Below, piece by piece: positions 58,850 to 64,000 of a DNA stretch of 64,000 nucleotides. The notes under the pieces are model-generated. The model was not told the DNA's origin and did no database searches. It saw only the letters and a program-made list of their open reading frames with translations. The stretch spans positions 32,001 through 96,000 of the forward strand of contig JASFQK010000011.1 of the NCBI GenBank assembly GCA_050115495.1, given 5' to 3'. The position numbers and the translations under genes were made by a program. Position 1 is the first letter of the stretch; every line of letters starts with the position of its first letter. This DNA comes from Phycisphaerae bacterium. Its GTDB lineage: Bacteria > Planctomycetota > Phycisphaerae > UBA1845 > Fen-1342.

Positions 58850-59563
58850 GTGAATCTCCACGATTTCCAGGCTCTCACCTTCGATTGTTACGGGACACTG
58901 ATCGACTGGGAAACCGGCCTGCTGAACGCTTTGCGCCCCTGGACGCAGCGCTGCGGGCTGGGGGCCGCTGACGAGGATTTGCTCACGGTCTTCGGCGAGC
59001 TCGAGCCCGCCGAGCAGGCCGCCCGCCCGACAACGCGATATCCCGAGATTCTCCGAGCTGTCCTGGCGAAAATGGCCGCCCACTTCGGCGTCGACGCGAC
59101 TGTCGACGAACTGGCCGCGTTCGGCGAGTCCGTCCGCGACTGGCCGGCGTTCGCTGACAGCCCGGCGGCGCTGGCCAGCCTCAAGGAATCCCACAAGCTG
59201 GTGATTGTCTCGAATATCGACCACGCATCTTTCGCCCACAGCGCCCGGAAGCTGGGTGTGGCGTTCGATCTGGTCATCACCGCCGAGGATGTGGGTAGCT
59301 ACAAGCCGGCCCCGGGGCACTTCACGGCGGCCCTGGCGGCCCTCGCGGATCGCGGGATCCCGCGCGAGCGCGTCCTGCACGTCGCCCAGAGCCTCTTCCA
59401 CGATCACGTTCCCGCCAAGGCCCTCGGCCTGCACACGGTGTGGGTCAATCGAAGGGCCGGCCGCTCGGGCAGCGGCGCCACCCGCACTCCCGACGTGGTC
59501 ATCCAGCCTGACCTGGTTGTACAGACCCTGGCCGAGCTTGCCGCCGCCTGTCGTGTAGCGTGA
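58850..59563 (+). CDS. HAD-superfamily haloacid dehalogenase type II-like hydrolase
   Basis: TFDCYGTLIDWE, SNID, SYKP and HVAQSLFHD; GTG start after GGAGG. Confidence 0.9.
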   Translation: MNLHDFQALTFDCYGTLIDWETGLLNALRPWTQRCGLGAADEDLLTVFGELEPAEQAARPTTRYPEILRAVLAKMAAHFGVDATVDELAAFGESVRDWPAFADSPAALASLKESHKLVIVSNIDHASFAHSARKLGVAFDLVITAEDVGSYKPAPGHFTAALAALADRGIPRERVLHVAQSLFHDHVPAKALGLHTVWVNRRAGRSGSGATRTPDVVIQPDLVVQTLAELAAACRVA

Positions 59564-59602
59564 CGCGCCCGTCGACGATCACGAGGTCGGCGTGGTCGCG
59601 GC

Positions 59603-61633
59603 TCACGAAGATGCGGCTCGCGATGCGCAGCGCTGTTGGATGGTTCGAAAGAGCAGGCGACGATCGACGGGTTTGCTGACGTAGTCGTCGCAGCCGGCGG
59701 CCAGGCAGCGGTCACGATCCTCGGCCATGGCGTGGGCCGTGAGGGCGATGATGATGCCGGTGTAGCTACGCTGGCGCAGGAGCGTCGTCGCCGTGTAGCC
59801 GTCCATGACGGGCATCTGCATGTCCATCAGGATCACGTCGAACGGCCGGCCTTGCTCGCCGGCGGCGTCGACTGCCTCGATCGCCAGTTGGCCGTTCTCC
59901 GCCACGCTGACCTCCGCGCCGGCCCGCCGCAGCACAAAGGAGATGAGCCGCTGATTGTCCGGCCCGTCTTCGGCGAGAAGAATGTGCAGATCGTGGAGGT
60001 CGGCCGCGGCCGGCGGTGGCGCGGCGTCGTCGTCCGCCGGGGGTGGTGCGGCGGTCACCGACGGTGTGATCAACGCCACGCCGTTCAGATCGCCGGTGGC
60101 GATCGTGAAGACGAAGCGACTGCCGCCGCCCAATTCGCTGGTGACCACGATTTCGCCGCCGAGCATCCGGACCAGGTGGTGGCTGATGGCCAGGCCCAGG
60201 CCGGTTCCGCCAAACCGCCGCGACATCGTCTCGTCGGCCTGCGTGAACGGTCGGAACACGCGGGCGAGCTGCTCGGGCGTCATGCCGATCCCGGTGTCCT
60301 GTATCGTGAAGCGCAGTTGCGGTTTCTGGTCATCGTTCGCCTGGGCGGCGTGGACCAGTTCCACGGTCAGACTTACGTGGCCACGGTCGGTGAACTTGAT
60401 GGCGTTGCCGAGCAGGTTGATGAGCACTTGGCGCAACCGCGTCGTGTCGGTCTGGATGGACTCCGGGATCACGCCCTCATACCGGACGAGCAGGGCGATG
60501 CCCTTGTGCTCGGCCTGCGGCCGCACCAGCGCGGCCGTTTCCTCGATCATGGCCACCGGCGAGCACGGGTCGATGTCCAGTTGCATCTTCCCTGCCTCAA
60601 CCCGCGAGAGGTCCAGGATCTCGTTGATGATGCGCAGCAGGTGGCTGCCGTTGCGACGGATGGTCTGCACGGCCTCGCGCCGCTCCTCCTCGCTGAGGGA
60701 CGGGTCCAGCAGGTTCTCGGCGAAACCCATGATCGCCGTCATCGGCGTACGTATTTCGTGGCTCATGTTGGCCAGGAAGTCGCTCTTGGCCCGGTTGGCC
60801 TTCAGCAACTCCGCCGTTCGCAGGGCGACGGTACGCTCGATGGAGTCGTACGACTCCTGAACGCGGTCCACCATGCGGTTGAACGAGCGGGCCAGCGCGC
60901 CGATCTCGCCCAGCGCACGCTCGCGGGCCCGCTTGCCACGCTCGCCCGCCGCGATGGCCGCGCTCGTCTCCACGAGGTCCTTCAGCGGCGTCAGCAGTTG
61001 CCGGACGGCCACCATCGTCAGGCCGACGCCGGCGACGATCACCGCCCCGGCAATGAGCAGGCTCGACAGCATTCGCCACGCCAGCTCCGCGCGGACGCCG
61101 GCCAGCCCATACGTCAGGCAGACGTAGCCGATCGGCTGGTCCGGCTGGCTTGACGGCGGTTGCTCGGCATCGAGCAGGCCCAGTTCGATGCGATCCTGCT
61201 GGCGGTGGATCGGCGCCACGACCAGCAGTTGGTTGGCCGTCCGCTCTGTGTGCACCGCTTCGCCCGCGCCGACCTTCGCCTTCACCGCTGCAATGTCGAT
61301 CGCCGCTTCCGATACGAACCTCGGCGAGCGCTGCAACAGAGCCAGTTGGCGACCCTGGTCATCGAGAATGAGCACGCGATCCAGAGCGCCGTCCTGCGCC
61401 GCCGCCTCGGCGACGTTCTCAAGGGCTGCGCGGTCGTCGAGAAGCACCAGCGGCTCGGCGTTGTGACTGATCGCCCGGGCGTGCACCGTTGCGTGCGCGT
61501 TCATCCGACGCAGCGAATCGCGGTAATTCTGCGAGATCAGCACCGTGCTGAGTGTGCCGACCGTCACCGTCAGTAGCAGCGCGCAAAGGCCGACGGCTTG
61601 CCGTTTCAGACCTCCACGGCTGATCGCGAACAT
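59603..61633 (-). CDS. Hybrid sensor histidine kinase (2 TM, HAMP, HisKA, HATPase, REC)
   Basis: [35 protein letters not shown] and [11 protein letters not shown]. Confidence 0.95.
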   Translation of the reverse strand: MFAISRGGLKRQAVGLCALLLTVTVGTLSTVLISQNYRDSLRRMNAHATVHARAISHNAEPLVLLDDRAALENVAEAAAQDGALDRVLILDDQGRQLALLQRSPRFVSEAAIDIAAVKAKVGAGEAVHTERTANQLLVVAPIHRQQDRIELGLLDAEQPPSSQPDQPIGYVCLTYGLAGVRAELAWRMLSSLLIAGAVIVAGVGLTMVAVRQLLTPLKDLVETSAAIAAGERGKRARERALGEIGALARSFNRMVDRVQESYDSIERTVALRTAELLKANRAKSDFLANMSHEIRTPMTAIMGFAENLLDPSLSEEERREAVQTIRRNGSHLLRIINEILDLSRVEAGKMQLDIDPCSPVAMIEETAALVRPQAEHKGIALLVRYEGVIPESIQTDTTRLRQVLINLLGNAIKFTDRGHVSLTVELVHAAQANDDQKPQLRFTIQDTGIGMTPEQLARVFRPFTQADETMSRRFGGTGLGLAISHHLVRMLGGEIVVTSELGGGSRFVFTIATGDLNGVALITPSVTAAPPPADDDAAPPPAAADLHDLHILLAEDGPDNQRLISFVLRRAGAEVSVAENGQLAIEAVDAAGEQGRPFDVILMDMQMPVMDGYTATTLLRQRSYTGIIIALTAHAMAEDRDRCLAAGCDDYVSKPVDRRLLFRTIQQRCASRAASS

Positions 61634-61909
61634 GATGTCGGCTCACTCCGAACGGTTGGATGCGAAGGCACGTCAATACCGCGCGGCACCGACGCGACAG
61701 CGTGCGACGGCTGGCGGCCTTACAAGAGCATATCGAACCGATCACGACGCGCGATTACATCACCATCCGGGCGCCGAGCCGCCATCACGACAACAGCACT
61801 CTTCTCATCTGCCGGGGGCGGCCGATAAGGTTGTCTGACGTACGTCGGTGACGTCGGTGTCCGGCCGGAAGCGGTCCGCGACGCCGATCGACGCGGCGGC
61901 TCGCAAGTA

Positions 61910-62911
61910 ATGTCCATCGTGAACGCCGATATTCGCGATTCCGCTCGTCGCCAATGGGCTCGCACTGCGCTCGTGGCCGGCGTTTGCTGCGCCCTCGCCG
62001 TCCCCGGCGCTCCGCAGGACACACAGTCTGCCCGCCAACGCGTTGCCGTCGTCTACGGCGAGAAGAGCCCGTATCAGTCGGCGGCGGACAGCCTGCTTAC
62101 CACACTGCGCGCCGCCGGCGTCGAGTGCCTCGCCGTCGAACTGACCGGCGGCGACCCCGATGCACGCACTCGGGCGCTGGCCACCGTGCGCGATTTTCGA
62201 CCCGACGTGTTGGCCACTGGCGGCCCCACGGCGACGTCCGTGGTGCTGTCCGAAATCCAGACCATTCCCGTCGTATTCTTCATGGTGCCCAACGCGCAGG
62301 ATGCGCCCTTCCTCGCGCCGGACTTCGCCGACCGCGCGCGCGTGACCGGCGTATCCAGCGACGTCGACCCCGCCACGCAAGTGGAGTGGCTGGCCGCCAC
62401 GTCCCCCGATTCTCATCGCATCGCCGTTCTGTGCAGCAGCCGGTCGCAGAAGACCGTCGAGGCTCTCCGCGAAGCCGCCCGCCAGCGAAACCTCACGGTC
62501 CAGCCGCTGCCTGCTTCGCGCGACGCATTCCCCCGTGCCATCGACGAACTGCATGAGAGCGGTTGCGATGGCGTGCTCATGATCCCCGATGCCGACGTCT
62601 ACGACTCGCCCAGTGTGCAGCGGCTCCTGTTGTGGGGTGCCCGGCAGCGGAAGCCGGTCTGGACCTTCTCGGAAAACGTCGTCAAAGCTGGGGCATTCGC
62701 CGGCCTGGCGGCCCGCAGTGACGCCGTCGGCCGCGAGGCCGCGCAACTCGTTCGCGACGTGCTGTCCGGCAAGACGCCGGTCAGCCTCGGCCTGCGCTAT
62801 CCGCAGAGTGTCGACAAGGTCGTCAACGTGCATACGGCGGAGATGATCGGCGTGCGGTTGAGCGACCGCTTGCTCCGCAGCGGTGTCAGGAAAGTGGGAG
62901 GACGGCCATGA
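61910..62911 (+). CDS. ABC_sub_bind-type (type I) periplasmic binding protein
   Basis: Signal peptide; IPVVF, TGVS, RIAVL, VKAGA and VVNVHTAEMIG. Confidence 0.8.
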   Translation: MSIVNADIRDSARRQWARTALVAGVCCALAVPGAPQDTQSARQRVAVVYGEKSPYQSAADSLLTTLRAAGVECLAVELTGGDPDARTRALATVRDFRPDVLATGGPTATSVVLSEIQTIPVVFFMVPNAQDAPFLAPDFADRARVTGVSSDVDPATQVEWLAATSPDSHRIAVLCSSRSQKTVEALREAARQRNLTVQPLPASRDAFPRAIDELHESGCDGVLMIPDADVYDSPSVQRLLLWGARQRKPVWTFSENVVKAGAFAGLAARSDAVGREAAQLVRDVLSGKTPVSLGLRYPQSVDKVVNVHTAEMIGVRLSDRLLRSGVRKVGGRP

Positions 62912-63038
62912 TGCCGCCAGCCGCCGGACGGCAGACGTTTGTCGCCGGCCGTGTGCCGAACCTTCGGGCCACGGGCGCGTCTTGTTCCCCGGTCAGGCGG
63001 AGGTCTCTTACGAGTTCTGCCAGTCGAATTGGTGACGC

Positions 63039-64000
63039 ATGATCCGCTTACCCATGACAATCCGTCTGGGAGGGGTCTTGCTGGTCGGCACGCTGGTGTT
63101 CGCCGAGGCGCAGACCCTGGCCCAATCGCCACCGGCCACGCAGCCGGTTCCCGCCCGCCAGCCGGCGTCCGCTGATCTGTCCGGCCTCGAGGACATCGAC
63201 CTGCTGGACCTGGAGGTTCCGGTCGTGGTTACGGCCGGCCGCCGACGGCAGGAGATTCACACGGTGACCTACGCGGCGAGCGTGATTACCGCCGAGGACA
63301 TTCGTCGCGCCGGCGCCCACACCGTCGCGGACGCGCTGCGCCTGGTGCCGGGGGTTGACGTAGCGGCACTTTCGGCCACGGTGCCCGCCGTATCGGCCCG
63401 CGGCTTCCACGGGTTCTACAACAGTCGCACACTCGTGCTGGTCGACGGCCGGCAGCTCTACGACTCGCTGTTTGGCGGCACGTCCTGGCACGCCTGGCCG
63501 TTTCAGATCGCCGACATCGCCCGCATCGAGGTTATTCGCGGGCCGGGCGGCGTAGGCTGGGGAGGCAACACGCTCAACGGCGTGATCAACATCGTCACGA
63601 AGGACCCCGCCGAACAGACGGGACTGACCTTCGAGGCCCTCGGCGGTTCACGCGGCACGCACAAGACGCACCTCGGCTACGGCATCCAGGAGGGCAAGCT
63701 CCGCCTTCGCGTCTCGGGGGAGTACGCCGCCAACGACGGCTTTGTCGACGGCGGTTCGCCGCTGTACCCGCTGAAAGACAGCTATCGCGTCGGCAACGTC
63801 GGCGTCCACGGCGTGTACGCGGCCAGTGCCGACGATACGTTCACGTTCTCCGGCGGCAGCGGTCTGGTCGGCGAGTGGGCGCCGCCCGGGGTGGTCAACT
63901 ACGTTGGCGTGCAACGTTCGGACGCCCAGGCCAACTACCTCATGGGCAAGTGGGAGCACCGGCGAGGGGCGGGCGACTACGTCGAGCTCATCGGCTTTGT
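63039..64000 (+). CDS. TonB-dependent receptor (plug domain; 3' truncated, not in the ORF track)
   Basis: LLDLEVPVVVTAGRR..VITAEDIRRAG..DALRLVPG..RGF..LVLVDGR..RIEVIRGPG...G.N.LNGVINIVTK. Confidence 0.92.
   Translation, partial: MIRLPMTIRLGGVLLVGTLVFAEAQTLAQSPPATQPVPARQPASADLSGLEDIDLLDLEVPVVVTAGRRRQEIHTVTYAASVITAEDIRRAGAHTVADALRLVPGVDVAALSATVPAVSARGFHGFYNSRTLVLVDGRQLYDSLFGGTSWHAWPFQIADIARIEVIRGPGGVGWGGNTLNGVINIVTKDPAEQTGLTFEALGGSRGTHKTHLGYGIQEGKLRLRVSGEYAANDGFVDGGSPLYPLKDSYRVGNVGVHGVYAASADDTFTFSGGSGLVGEWAPPGVVNYVGVQRSDAQANYLMGKWEHRRGAGDYVELIGF

Noticed and set aside
58679..64000. Genomic island integrated at tRNA-Tyr (or at tRNA-Thr/Trp)
   Set aside because: No integrase, no duplicated tRNA 3' end noticed, and host-like composition downstream

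Overview
GC-rich bacterial chromosome segment, very probably Planctomycetota (Phycisphaerae-like). Supporting signs are a DUF1559/H-X9-DG prepilin-like gene, a PEP-CTERM protein, a dockerin-like C-terminal tail, ATQP-type linkers and a CxxCGYDLRG zinc finger. Core content: tRNA-Thr-tuf-rpmG-tRNA-Trp-secE-nusG-rplK-rplA-rplJ-rplL (not followed by rpoB), infA, rpsU, purA-uppS-cdsA, pgsA-pgpA, ndk, a Tat-exported Fe/Mn SOD, a membrane PPase, lutABC and tRNA-Tyr. Accessory content: an IS200-like Y1 transposase between long REP-like inverted repeats, several other REP/REPIN-like elements, a lower-GC islet (about 27.8-30.2 kb), two transglutaminase-like proteins, an ECF sigma/anti-sigma/lipoprotein module, and a TonB receptor plus binding protein plus hybrid kinase module. 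Most notable observations: (1) an operon of one catalytically intact and two apparently inactive HtrA/PDZ paralogues, possibly a heterotrimer; (2) an unannotated ~113-nt minus-strand sRNA candidate with promoter, operator-like palindrome, two C-rich loops and a terminator (58213-58359); (3) a membrane-bound atypical kinase-fold protein inside a phospholipid gene cluster; (4) a possible trans-envelope signalling module; (5) a homopolymer frameshift in the DUF1559 gene. All calls come from motif recognition by eye; no database searches were run.
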